Shown: positions 50,497 to 59,732 of the stretch, in pieces
Layout: each line of letters opens with the position of its first letter
Numbering within the stretch: position 1 is the first letter of the stretch
Assembly (NCBI GenBank): GCA_944389385.1
Contig: CALXMC010000001.1
Location: 189,303 to 253,302 of the forward strand
Reading direction: 5' to 3'
DNA: 64,000 nucleotides
Source of the DNA: an uncultured Alphaproteobacteria bacterium
GTDB lineage: Bacteria > Pseudomonadota > Alphaproteobacteria > Rs-D84
Position numbers and translations under genes: made by a program
The notes under the pieces: model-generated
What the model was told of the DNA's origin: nothing
Seen by the model: only the letters and a program-made list of their open reading frames with translations
Databases searched by the model: none

Positions 50497-52899
50497 ATGG
50501 CGACATTAACACTCGGAAAATCTGTAACAATTGATCAAGTGGCCAGCAAAAAGGGCGACGCTGTGTTTGTTGAACGGCGTCGTCGCGTTGTTGCCCCCGG
50601 CAGTAAAGAACTGCGTGAAGAGCCTGTCGCGCCCGCGCCAACCCATAATGCGGCCGATGAAAAATTGCGCGCTGTATTAGAGGCGGCCCGCGCCCGCGAA
50701 GAAGAACGCCGGCAAAAGGCTGCGGCCGAAGCTGCCGCAACTGCCGCGCGCGAAGCGGAAATTGCCCGCGAAAATCGCGAGTATGAACAGGTAAAAGAAC
50801 AATTGGCTGCGCGTGAAAATGTCGCCAACATACCGCCCGCCGAAGAAATTGACGTAATAAAATCCGTCCAACCGCAGAAAAAACAACATTCCCAGCAATC
50901 GTCGCGTGCGCGTCAAAACCGCGATGACGATGAAGATATGGGTATGTCGCGCGCGTCCAAATTTGGTAACGGTAAAAAAGAATTCAAAAAAACAGGCAAG
51001 ATTTCGTTGCACGACATTGTCATTGGCGGTGATGATGATGACGATGATGAAATCGGGCTGCGTGGTGCAAATCGCCGTCGTTCCGAAGCGTCACTGAAAC
51101 GTTTCCGTGAAAAAGCGCGCGCGGTATTTTCCGCCCCGCAAAAGGTTGAACGTGTTGTGACATTGGGCGATACGATAACCGTCAAAGATTTGGCATCTGC
51201 CATGGCTGAAAAGGTTGGCAATGTTATCAAAAAACTGATGGAAATGGGTATGATGGCATCACAAAATCAAACAATTGACGCCGATACAGCCGAACTGATT
51301 GCGGGCGAATTCGGGGCCAAGGTTAAACGTGTTGATGTAAAGCCTTACTCGGACCAATTGGAACGCCAACCAAATCCAGAAAACATGCAGCCCCGTCCGC
51401 CGGTTGTTACGGTTGTGGGGCATGTCGACCACGGAAAAACGTCATTGTTGGATGCGTTTCGTCATGCGAATGTTGCTGCGCGCGAAGCGGGTGGCATTAC
51501 CCAACATGTTTCTGCATACGAAGTTAAAACAAAATCTGGCGCGATGATTACGTTTTTGGATACACCGGGTCATGAAACATTTACCGCCATGCGTGCGCGT
51601 GGTGCGCAAATGGCGGATATTGTCGTTTTGGTCGTTGCGGCAAACGATTCCATTATGCCCCAGACAATCGAAGCCATTAACCACATTCGTGCCGCCAAAG
51701 TACCGTTTATTGTTGCAATTAACAAAATCGATTTGCCCGATGCCGATCCAACACGCGTCAAAACAGACCTGTTACAGCAAGAGGTCCAAGTCGAAGAACT
51801 GGGGGGTGATGTTCAGTGTGTTGAAATATCCGCCACAAAACATATCGGATTGGATAAACTGGAAGACGCGATTTTATTACAGGCCGGTATCATGGATTTA
51901 CGTGCAGATCCCGATATGCCCGCCGTTGCATACGTGGTCGAGGCGAAAATGGAACGTGGCCTGGGGGCAACGGCAACCATTTTAATGCGCCAAGGTACAT
52001 TAAGCATCGGCGATGTGTTTGTCGTGGGCGAAACGTATGGTCGTGTACGTGGTTTAATAAATTCTGGGGGTGAACGTGTAAAATCTGTCAAACCGGGTCA
52101 GCCTGCGGTTGTGTTGGGACTGAATGCCGTTGCGCGTGCGGGCGACGAATTGCATGTTATGGAAACCGAGGCTCAAACGCGCGAGGTTGCCGCATATCGC
52201 GTCCAGCAGGCCAAAGATCGTGCCAACGCAGTAAAACGTTCTTCGTTACAGGAATTGTTTGCCAAGCGCGACGAAACGAAAAAATTGGTATTGCCGATTG
52301 TTCTGCGCGCCGATGTCCAGGGCAGTGTCGAGGCCATCACAGATATGTTAAAAGACATCCATACGGACAAGGCTTCGGTCGATATTTTATCGTCTGGGGT
52401 TGGACAAATTACCGAAGGCGACATTCGTTTGGCGGCGGCATCGGGCGCAATTATAATCGCGTTTAATGTGCGCGCCGATTCTGTTGTGCGTGATATGGCG
52501 CGCAGTTCTGGTGTTGACATCCGTTATCACAGCGTTGTGTATCGTATCACAGACGAAGTCAAAGAAATCTTGTCCGGAAAATTGGCGCCTGAACGCAAAG
52601 AAAACTTTATCGGATACGCGGATGTTATTGCATTGTTCACTGTTGGCAAAGGCGTCCGTGTTGCGGGTTGCCGTGTGTCCGAGGGCGTAATTAAAAAAGA
52701 CGCCTTTGTGCGTTTGTTGCGCGACAACGTTGTTATTTACGATGGTAAGATTGGCGAACTGCGTCGTGAAAAGAACGAAGTTCGTGAAGTATCAGGTGCC
52801 GGGGTTGAATTCGGTATGTCATTTGATAAATATAATGACCTGAAAGAAGGCGATCGCGTCGAATGTTACGAGGTCGAAGAAATTCGTGCCCAGTTGTAA
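50497..52899 (+). CDS. infB: Translation initiation factor IF-2
   Basis: 800 aa; G-domain [16 protein letters not shown] … DTPGHETF … NKID; follows nusA. Confidence 0.95.
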   Translation: MATLTLGKSVTIDQVASKKGDAVFVERRRRVVAPGSKELREEPVAPAPTHNAADEKLRAVLEAARAREEERRQKAAAEAAATAAREAEIARENREYEQVKEQLAARENVANIPPAEEIDVIKSVQPQKKQHSQQSSRARQNRDDDEDMGMSRASKFGNGKKEFKKTGKISLHDIVIGGDDDDDDEIGLRGANRRRSEASLKRFREKARAVFSAPQKVERVVTLGDTITVKDLASAMAEKVGNVIKKLMEMGMMASQNQTIDADTAELIAGEFGAKVKRVDVKPYSDQLERQPNPENMQPRPPVVTVVGHVDHGKTSLLDAFRHANVAAREAGGITQHVSAYEVKTKSGAMITFLDTPGHETFTAMRARGAQMADIVVLVVAANDSIMPQTIEAINHIRAAKVPFIVAINKIDLPDADPTRVKTDLLQQEVQVEELGGDVQCVEISATKHIGLDKLEDAILLQAGIMDLRADPDMPAVAYVVEAKMERGLGATATILMRQGTLSIGDVFVVGETYGRVRGLINSGGERVKSVKPGQPAVVLGLNAVARAGDELHVMETEAQTREVAAYRVQQAKDRANAVKRSSLQELFAKRDETKKLVLPIVLRADVQGSVEAITDMLKDIHTDKASVDILSSGVGQITEGDIRLAAASGAIIIAFNVRADSVVRDMARSSGVDIRYHSVVYRITDEVKEILSGKLAPERKENFIGYADVIALFTVGKGVRVAGCRVSEGVIKKDAFVRLLRDNVVIYDGKIGELRREKNEVREVSGAGVEFGMSFDKYNDLKEGDRVECYEVEEIRAQL

Positions 52900-52928
52900 T
52901 AAAAATACCGCCATTTGGCGGTATTTTT
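52900..52928. terminator. Bidirectional terminator (TACCGCCATTTGGCGGTA variant of the family)
   Basis: AAAAATACCGCCATTTGGCGGTATTTTTAT between convergent infB and der. Confidence 0.65.
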
Positions 52929-54267
52929 ATTTATCATCAAATGGATTTTCATCCTTTTTATACTCGACAATAATCGGTAAATGTTCCCATTTCAGTGCAT
53001 TTGCCAAACCACGACGCAGATAACGCGTGTACGATTCAGGAATATCAGACGCACCGCCCACATTTATGGTAATTTTCATCGGATGCCGCCCCGTTTGACG
53101 CGCAAATTTTATTTTCATGGGGCGTTTTAACCGCGACATAGGCGGTTGTCTGTCTGCAACCAGTTTTTCAACAATACGGTTGATTAAACTGGTTGGTGCA
53201 TCAGTATTTGATATATCCCATTGCTCGTATATCCGGCGGAACATATTTTTAACGCCACTGCCCATTTCGGCCGATATTGCCAATATCAGCGGTTTGATTA
53301 TTTGATGAAAAGAATTCGTAAATTGGTGTTTTAATTTTAACAATTTTTCGTCACGTAACTCGGGTGCGACCAAATCCCATTTGTTCAACGCGACGCATAA
53401 AATTTTGCCTGCATCATATACGCGTGCCGCGATTCCCAGTGCTTGGTTTTCGATATTGCGTGTGGCATCCACAACCAAAATAACAACGTCTGATTTTTCA
53501 ATTGCATCCAACGATTTTAACGCAGACAACGTTTCCACATCATCAGTCACGCCCGCTTTGCGCCGCAATCCAGCCGTATCCATTAACACAATATCGCGAC
53601 CATAAAAGTTGGTCGGGATTTTTACCGTGTCGCGTGTAACACCCGGCTTGTCAATAACAATTTGACGTTTTTGCCCCAGTACTTGGTTTACCAGTGTCGA
53701 TTTACCAACGTTTGGTTGACCCATAATTGCGATTTTTAATTTTTGTGTAGTGTTGGTTTTGGCGTCATTCTTTTTTGATTCGTTTGGACTTATTTTATCG
53801 ACAAATTCATATATTGCATCGAAACCGATTTTATGTTCAGCCGAAATCTGGACCGGTGCCCCAAAGCCCAATTTATAAAAATCACTTAAATCAGCCATAC
53901 GGCGGCCAGATTCGGATTTATTTGCAACCAACATAACGGGCGCGCGTGTTTTTCGGCGCACTGCGCGTGCCCAATCCATATCCGCAGGCATCAACCCCAC
54001 GCGTCCATCGACAACAAATAATATTGCATCTGCACCTGCGATGGCATCCATCGCCACATTTGTGGAATCTGCGGCAATCCCAGATTTTGCATTTTCCAAC
54101 CCCGCCGTGTCGACGATTTCCCACATTCGGTCGCGCATATTACCCACAATTGTGTCGCGTGTGACACCTGGGCGATCATGCACCAACGCATCGCGTGTCC
54201 CCGTCAGGGCATTAAACAAAGTCGATTTGCCGGTATTTGGCCGGCCTGCTATTATAAGTTTTTGCAT
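52927..54267 (-). CDS. der: GTPase Der (EngA), tandem GTP-binding domains
   Basis: Two G domains (GRPNTGKSTLFN … GQPNVGKSTLVN) plus KH-like C-terminus. Confidence 0.92.
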   Translation of the reverse strand: MQKLIIAGRPNTGKSTLFNALTGTRDALVHDRPGVTRDTIVGNMRDRMWEIVDTAGLENAKSGIAADSTNVAMDAIAGADAILFVVDGRVGLMPADMDWARAVRRKTRAPVMLVANKSESGRRMADLSDFYKLGFGAPVQISAEHKIGFDAIYEFVDKISPNESKKNDAKTNTTQKLKIAIMGQPNVGKSTLVNQVLGQKRQIVIDKPGVTRDTVKIPTNFYGRDIVLMDTAGLRRKAGVTDDVETLSALKSLDAIEKSDVVILVVDATRNIENQALGIAARVYDAGKILCVALNKWDLVAPELRDEKLLKLKHQFTNSFHQIIKPLILAISAEMGSGVKNMFRRIYEQWDISNTDAPTSLINRIVEKLVADRQPPMSRLKRPMKIKFARQTGRHPMKITINVGGASDIPESYTRYLRRGLANALKWEHLPIIVEYKKDENPFDDK

Positions 54268-54333
54268 AATTTTTTCCGTTGATTTTTTATAATTATAAAG
54301 CAAAAATATAAATAATCAAATTGGGGGAACAGG

Positions 54334-54930
54334 ATGATGAAAAAAATAAAAAATGGATTAAGAAAACTGCGTGATTTAATAATCAAACCGAAACGGTATT
54401 TTACCCGTATTGTTGCCGACGGCAATATGGAAGAGGCTATGTTAAAAGCCTTTATATACGGTCTGTTGGGTGGATGCTTGGTATTATTACTGCGGTTGAT
54501 TGGCGGGGCAACGATTACGATTGGGTCTGTATTTACAGCGTTAATAATTGTGCCGGTGTTGGCGGTGGCGTTATTGTTTGTGTTGGGCGGCCTGATGATG
54601 TTGGTGTCTGAAATCACGGGCGGGGAACGCGATTGGGAAATCGCCATCAAGGGTCTGGCGTCTGTGTTTTTTGTATATCCAGTTGTACTGGTTTTGAACG
54701 CATTGGCGTTTAATTGCACGTCGATATGGATAATCAGTTTATTGGTTGATGCGTACGTATTGTTCCTGTTTTACAATATTGCGCTGTACTGCATGCGCGG
54801 CAAACGCAGCAATGTTTTGATAGTGATTGCTATATTTGCGTTGTTTTTAATCACGATATACGCGACAGATTACCGTATTGGTTGGTTTATGTTGAAAAAC
54901 ACCAGTGCGACATTATCGTGCATGTTGTAA
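54334..54930 (+). CDS. Yip1-domain polytopic membrane protein (hypothetical)
   Basis: 198 aa, about 5 TM helices; sits between der and the tail-fibre gene on the strand opposite to the surrounding operon. Confidence 0.55.
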   Translation: MMKKIKNGLRKLRDLIIKPKRYFTRIVADGNMEEAMLKAFIYGLLGGCLVLLLRLIGGATITIGSVFTALIIVPVLAVALLFVLGGLMMLVSEITGGERDWEIAIKGLASVFFVYPVVLVLNALAFNCTSIWIISLLVDAYVLFLFYNIALYCMRGKRSNVLIVIAIFALFLITIYATDYRIGWFMLKNTSATLSCML

Positions 54931-54990
54931 TTGTATGCTTGATTTTTATTGCGTTTTGTGATACAATGCGCATACAGAATTAGGGGGGCG

Positions 54991-55052
54991 GGTTCACATG
55001 TTTGTGAACCTGTTTTTTTTTAACAGACGCGGCAATTTGCCGCATTTTTTTT
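54991..55052 (+). terminator. Two tandem intrinsic terminators after the Yip1-like gene
   Basis: GGTTCACATGTTTGTGAACC plus T8, then GCGGCAATTTGCCGC plus T8. Confidence 0.6.
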
Positions 55053-55075
55053 ATAAAAAACAAAAAGGATGATTC

Positions 55076-56059
55076 ATGTATAAAATAACGTACACAGGCG
55101 ACGGTGTTACGCGCGAATACGCGTTTACGTTTTCATATTTTCAATCGTCTGATATAAAGGTTTCAATAAATTCAGATTTATTGGCACCCGGCGGTTACAG
55201 CGTGATAAAAACACCCGACGCGCCGGTTGATGGCAAATACACTGGTGGACACATCATATTAAACACAGCACCCGCAATTGGCGCAACGATTGTTATATGG
55301 CGTAAAGTGGAATTGAATCGTATTGTTGATTATCAACCGACTTTGCCCATCAGTACCACCAGTTTGAATTCAGATTTTAATTTCATATTGGAATATTTGC
55401 GTGACATGTACGACATTGACGAACACGCGGCAAATATTGAAAACGGTATGCAGTTTTTGGATTCTATCCAGGCTCAAATTACACAAATCGGCAATTTAAG
55501 CGAATTGGCGCGCAAATCTGATTTGCCGGATTTAACCCAATATGCAAAAATCAGTGATATTCCAAATTCTGCTGATTTTGCACCAGTGACGCACACGCAT
55601 GATATGTCCAGTTACGTAACAAATTCTACATTTCAAACCGCAATTTCAGAAATATCAGAAGAATTGGAAAATATGCCGTCTGATTTCCCGTTACAGTTTG
55701 ACGAAGACGATGAACCTGATGTGATAGTCAAAACTCAATTACCAACGGCCGAAAATAACTACACTTGGTACCGAAAGTATAAATCAGGTTGGGTCGAGCA
55801 GGGCGGTATAGTTGATCCTGTGACACCAGGTTCTTTTGATTTTGCGTATATCACTTTGCCGATACAGATGCAAGGTACTAAGTTTACGGTGGTTGTATCC
55901 CCTATGATAGGCGCAACAGTGGAAGCATTTGATTCGTATAACACTATTTGTGTATCTATTACGTCTGCAACCGAAATCAAATTAGCCACCCTGGCCCAAA
56001 CTTTGGTTGGAATCTCGTGGTATGTCGCAGGAATGTCGGCATCCCAACAATCAAACTAA
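55076..56059 (+). CDS. Phage T7-type tail fibre protein (Phage_T7_tail N-terminal domain) – isolated phage-derived gene
   Basis: N-terminus MYKITYTGDGVTREYAFTFSYFQSSDIKVSINSDLLAPGGYSV…IVIWRKVELNRIVDYQPTLPISTTSLNSDFNFILEYLRD matches the spacing pattern of the T7 gp17 N-terminal domain (TY..DG…F.F.Y……I.V…..Y……I.l.R.T…..VDf.dGS.L.A.DLN); central coiled region and a distinct C-terminal tip; good SD. Confidence 0.65.
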   Translation: MYKITYTGDGVTREYAFTFSYFQSSDIKVSINSDLLAPGGYSVIKTPDAPVDGKYTGGHIILNTAPAIGATIVIWRKVELNRIVDYQPTLPISTTSLNSDFNFILEYLRDMYDIDEHAANIENGMQFLDSIQAQITQIGNLSELARKSDLPDLTQYAKISDIPNSADFAPVTHTHDMSSYVTNSTFQTAISEISEELENMPSDFPLQFDEDDEPDVIVKTQLPTAENNYTWYRKYKSGWVEQGGIVDPVTPGSFDFAYITLPIQMQGTKFTVVVSPMIGATVEAFDSYNTICVSITSATEIKLATLAQTLVGISWYVAGMSASQQSN

Positions 56060-56796
56060 TCTGAAATAATTGTGCCGTCTGTGGCATCAACGTGTATTTT
56101 TCCGACAGTTATAATTTTATTTTTATATGTTGGTGCCACTTGTTTATCAACTTGGGTGCGCCAATATATTGCCCCATCAGAATTGCGAATCGCATACAAA
56201 TTATTATCGGTTGCAACAACGAATGAAACATTATCAGTTACGATAAAAGGTACAGCAACACCAATATTTACACACCATTTTTTATCCCCAGACGATGTGT
56301 TAATACGACAAAACGCATCGCCCAAACCACCAACATATAACGCGCCATTATGGATTACCAACGGTGCAATAATATCAACAATTGCGGCGCCGCCGGTCAT
56401 ATTACTGCTGCGGAACACATCCGCAATCCAGATTATTTTGCGTGATTTTGGGGCAATTTTTACAACCTCGCCTGTGGTTAAACCTGCATACACATATCCC
56501 TTTGCGCACACAGGCGTCTGGTTGCTTTGCACAGAATTTTTTGTTGGAAATCCGCTGAAAATTTTTCTGTCCCCATCCCAAATTACATTGGCAGAATCCT
56601 GATGATAATGACAATCTGTCACGTCAGGTGTGGATATATTTTCCGGCAAATTTTTAATTTCTGTATTTAATACATTAACTTCATTCATGCTGAACACAGG
56701 TGTACGCACCCCGGGTAAAATCGGGTCGTGATCCGCGCATCCAACCAAAACAAAGGCGGCGATTGTACCAACAAAAAATTTGCACGTTTTTTTCAT
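56056..56796 (-). CDS. PQQ-repeat beta-propeller lipoprotein, BamB(YfgL)-like, apparently C-terminally truncated
   Basis: Lipobox VLVGC; PQQ-like blades (…GYVYAGLTTGEVV…, …HNGALYVGGLGDAF…, …NNLYAIRNSDGAIYW…); only 246 aa versus about 380-400 for BamB; its stop codon overlaps the stop of the convergent tail-fibre gene; sits between the yfgM-like gene and der as in the conserved yfgM-bamB-der cluster. Confidence 0.6.
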   Translation of the reverse strand: MKKTCKFFVGTIAAFVLVGCADHDPILPGVRTPVFSMNEVNVLNTEIKNLPENISTPDVTDCHYHQDSANVIWDGDRKIFSGFPTKNSVQSNQTPVCAKGYVYAGLTTGEVVKIAPKSRKIIWIADVFRSSNMTGGAAIVDIIAPLVIHNGALYVGGLGDAFCRINTSSGDKKWCVNIGVAVPFIVTDNVSFVVATDNNLYAIRNSDGAIYWRTQVDKQVAPTYKNKIITVGKIHVDATDGTIISD

Positions 56797-56800
56797 ATTT

Positions 56801-57451
56801 TTATCTTAATGATTGCGCTGTGGCCGAAATCATATCAGGCGCATCAGCATCGTTAATTATCACATCCAACCATTTGTTCGCATTTTCCCGATTTCCTTCC
56901 GCCAGATACTTTTGTGCGACCATTAACCGCGATGTGTAATAGTACGGCGATTTTTTTGTATTCAACGGACTTAAATAATCTTCGACGGCATCGGCGGTCA
57001 TATCATCACCACGCAATCCAACAATATGCAACCGTGCCAAATCACGAAAATCGCGTGCATGCCCATCGTTGGCCAAATTTTCCAGATGTTCAATATTTCC
57101 ATCCAGTAAATACGCTTGGAACAAAGCCAGGTCAGATGTTGCACCATTTGAATTGGCTGCGACCGCATTCAGCATATTGGTATCAACATTTTGAATTGCC
57201 AATTCATAGTTTTCAGCGATTGCCAATTTATGTGCGCGATATGTGCGTACACCGATAACTGTGGCCGTCGCTATAATCAGCACCATCAGTGCGCCTGCGA
57301 TGATATACCGTGAATATTTTTTGATAAAAGCGGTTGTTTTTTCATTATTAACCTCTTCCCATACTTCACGATACAGGGCGTCTTCGGCGTAATCAGCGCG
57401 AGTTTTCTTTTTGGGTGCGACTTTATTATTTCTTTCCAATATGGATGCCAT
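56801..57451 (-). CDS. YfgM-like membrane-anchored TPR-like protein (UPF0070)
   Basis: 216 aa; N-terminal TM then helical-repeat domain; immediately upstream of the bamB-like gene. Confidence 0.6.
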   Translation of the reverse strand: MASILERNNKVAPKKKTRADYAEDALYREVWEEVNNEKTTAFIKKYSRYIIAGALMVLIIATATVIGVRTYRAHKLAIAENYELAIQNVDTNMLNAVAANSNGATSDLALFQAYLLDGNIEHLENLANDGHARDFRDLARLHIVGLRGDDMTADAVEDYLSPLNTKKSPYYYTSRLMVAQKYLAEGNRENANKWLDVIINDADAPDMISATAQSLR

Positions 57452-57515
57452 TTGATAAATCTCCTGTATTAAGTTGGCTTGATAATTCTTATTTTGTTGC
57501 TATACTATAAAAGAT

Positions 57516-58424
57516 ATGAAAAAGCAAATCAAGAACGGTTTACCGGTTGTACAAAACCAAAATTTGGTCGAGGCTCGCGGTGTCAATGATGACACCAGTT
57601 TGTCTCAATACATCCAAAATATACAAAAGTTTCCGATTTTATCGGCCGAACAAGAATACGAGTATGCTAAAAAATGGACTGAATTCGGCGACAGTGATGC
57701 CGCGGAAAAACTGGTGGCCAGTCATTTGCGCATGGTTGTGTCGGTTGCGTATGATTTCAAAAATTACGGCGTGCCGTTTGCCGATTTGATTGCCAGTGGC
57801 AATATGGGTCTGATGCAGGCTTTACAAAAATTTGACCCAGATAAAGGCTTTCGTTTTTCCACGTATGCGATGTTTTGGATTCGCGCAGAAATATATGAAA
57901 CCATTTTGCAAAATTGGTCGATTGTAAAAATTGGTACGTCTGCAAATCAAAAACGCGTGTTTTTCGGGTTAAATCGTGCGCGGCGTGCGCTGGGGATAAT
58001 GGACGGAAATTTATCCGATGACCAGACAAAACAAATCGCGGATTATTTGAATGTGTCTGAAAATGATGTTAAACGTATGTCAACGCGTATGTCTGCGCGT
58101 GATGTGTCACTGAATTCGCCTGTTCGGTCGGATGAAAATTCAAATGACGTATTATCCAACATGCCGGATGAAAAAAATAACCCGGAAGATAATATGGAAC
58201 AAATTGAATTTCGGCGTCGCGGGTACGAATTATTAAAAAAGCATTTGAATGAATTGCCTGAACGTGACCGTGAAATTTTACGTGCGCGTCGATTGTCTGA
58301 CCCTGTTGTGACGTTGGAATCTTTGGCTCAGAAATATGGGATATCACGTGAACGCGTACGCCAGATAGAAGAACGCGCATACAACAAATTGCGCGATGCA
58401 ATATTAAAAGAAACCCAGGATTAA
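57516..58424 (+). CDS. rpoH: RNA polymerase sigma-32 factor RpoH
   Basis: Sigma70 regions 2-4; RpoH box (…NQKRVFFGLNRARRAL…); 302 aa. Confidence 0.9.
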   Translation: MKKQIKNGLPVVQNQNLVEARGVNDDTSLSQYIQNIQKFPILSAEQEYEYAKKWTEFGDSDAAEKLVASHLRMVVSVAYDFKNYGVPFADLIASGNMGLMQALQKFDPDKGFRFSTYAMFWIRAEIYETILQNWSIVKIGTSANQKRVFFGLNRARRALGIMDGNLSDDQTKQIADYLNVSENDVKRMSTRMSARDVSLNSPVRSDENSNDVLSNMPDEKNNPEDNMEQIEFRRRGYELLKKHLNELPERDREILRARRLSDPVVTLESLAQKYGISRERVRQIEERAYNKLRDAILKETQD

Positions 58425-58427
58425 GTT

Positions 58428-59456
58428 ATGAAACATATATGCAAAAATATTGTTGCCGCGGGCGTTATTGCGTTGTTTTCTGGGGCGGCGGCGCATGCGT
58501 TGGAATACAAAGCGGGCGATTTCGGGTTCAAGTTATCTGGATATGCAACCGGCGGGGCATTGGATTACGATTTTGATAATCCTGATTTTATTGGCGATTG
58601 GCGCGCGCGTGGCGAAGTGGATTGGCGTGCAAACGATTCGAATAAATTGGGATTGGTTTACTCGATTGACGCCGCCGCAGTTGATGAAGATAAATTTCTG
58701 CGCGAAGGATTTACATATTGGCAAAACAGGGATGTGGGTCGTTTTGAATTCGGGTTTACAGATTCAATTGCGCGAAAATTGGGGGTTGGATTGCCCGACG
58801 TTGGTGGGTTGCGCGTAAATGATAAACCACTGTTTTATAAAAAAATCACACCGAATGGCCCCGTTATTTCAGATACCACATTAACAACCGGGCGCAGCGC
58901 GCTGCGGTTAAATTATGCAACTATGCCGATTGGTATGGCACAATATGGATTGTCGGTTGCGGGTCTGACCGATCATTATGATTATGCAATTGACGGCGCG
59001 GTAAAAATCCGCCAACCATCGGGCAAAGTTAAAACTGCATATACGTTTGGCGCATCGTTTATGTCGCACCCCGATGGATATCGTACGGACGCATATACCC
59101 CACGCGTTTATGCGGATTGGCGCGCCCAGGTGTCTGGCGGCATAAACATTCAATACAACAGTTGGATGTTCGGCACAACAGCGCGGCTGATTTACGATGA
59201 AAATCCTATTGGCCCAATATCTGACGGATTGGCGGTTGGCACCGGCGTCAGTTACGATATTTTGAATTACAGCATATCATTAACATACATATTTTCCGAC
59301 ACAGGCGTATGGAATCGCGACGTGGATGATTATATGGATCATACGGCGATTGCTTCTTTCCGATATAAATACAGCGAAAATGTGGATATTTGGATGTCGG
59401 GCGGGCTTACCACAGAAACGCCGTTTATTGCGGTTGGATTACGTTTAACTCTGTAA
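58428..59456 (+). CDS. Hypothetical outer-membrane beta-barrel (porin-like) protein
   Basis: Signal peptide …AAAHA; 342 aa with alternating amphipathic strands; starts 4 nt after the rpoH stop. Confidence 0.55.
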   Translation: MKHICKNIVAAGVIALFSGAAAHALEYKAGDFGFKLSGYATGGALDYDFDNPDFIGDWRARGEVDWRANDSNKLGLVYSIDAAAVDEDKFLREGFTYWQNRDVGRFEFGFTDSIARKLGVGLPDVGGLRVNDKPLFYKKITPNGPVISDTTLTTGRSALRLNYATMPIGMAQYGLSVAGLTDHYDYAIDGAVKIRQPSGKVKTAYTFGASFMSHPDGYRTDAYTPRVYADWRAQVSGGINIQYNSWMFGTTARLIYDENPIGPISDGLAVGTGVSYDILNYSISLTYIFSDTGVWNRDVDDYMDHTAIASFRYKYSENVDIWMSGGLTTETPFIAVGLRLTL

Positions 59457-59518
59457 ATTTTTAATTGCGTTTTTGCAAAGGTTTTTGTATGTTTGTCGTG
59501 TGACAAAAGGGTGTTTTT

Positions 59519-59722
59519 ATGGACGAAAAAAAATTGTCTTTTGAAGAAGCATACAAACAATTAACTGAATTGGTAAAAAAAATGGAATCGGGCGAATTAC
59601 CGCTGGCGGATTCTGTTGCCGCGTACGAGCAGGGCATTAAACTGAAAGCGTACTGCGAACAATTGTTAAAAGAAGCCGAATTAAAAATCGAAACGTTAAA
59701 GGTTACCCCGGCGCAAGCATAA
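59519..59722 (+). CDS. xseB: Exodeoxyribonuclease VII small subunit
   Basis: 67 aa: MDEKKLSFEEAYKQLTELVKKMESGELPLADSVAAYEQGIKLKAYCEQLL… canonical XseB. Confidence 0.85.
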   Translation: MDEKKLSFEEAYKQLTELVKKMESGELPLADSVAAYEQGIKLKAYCEQLLKEAELKIETLKVTPAQA

Positions 59723-59732
59723 TGGATTTATC

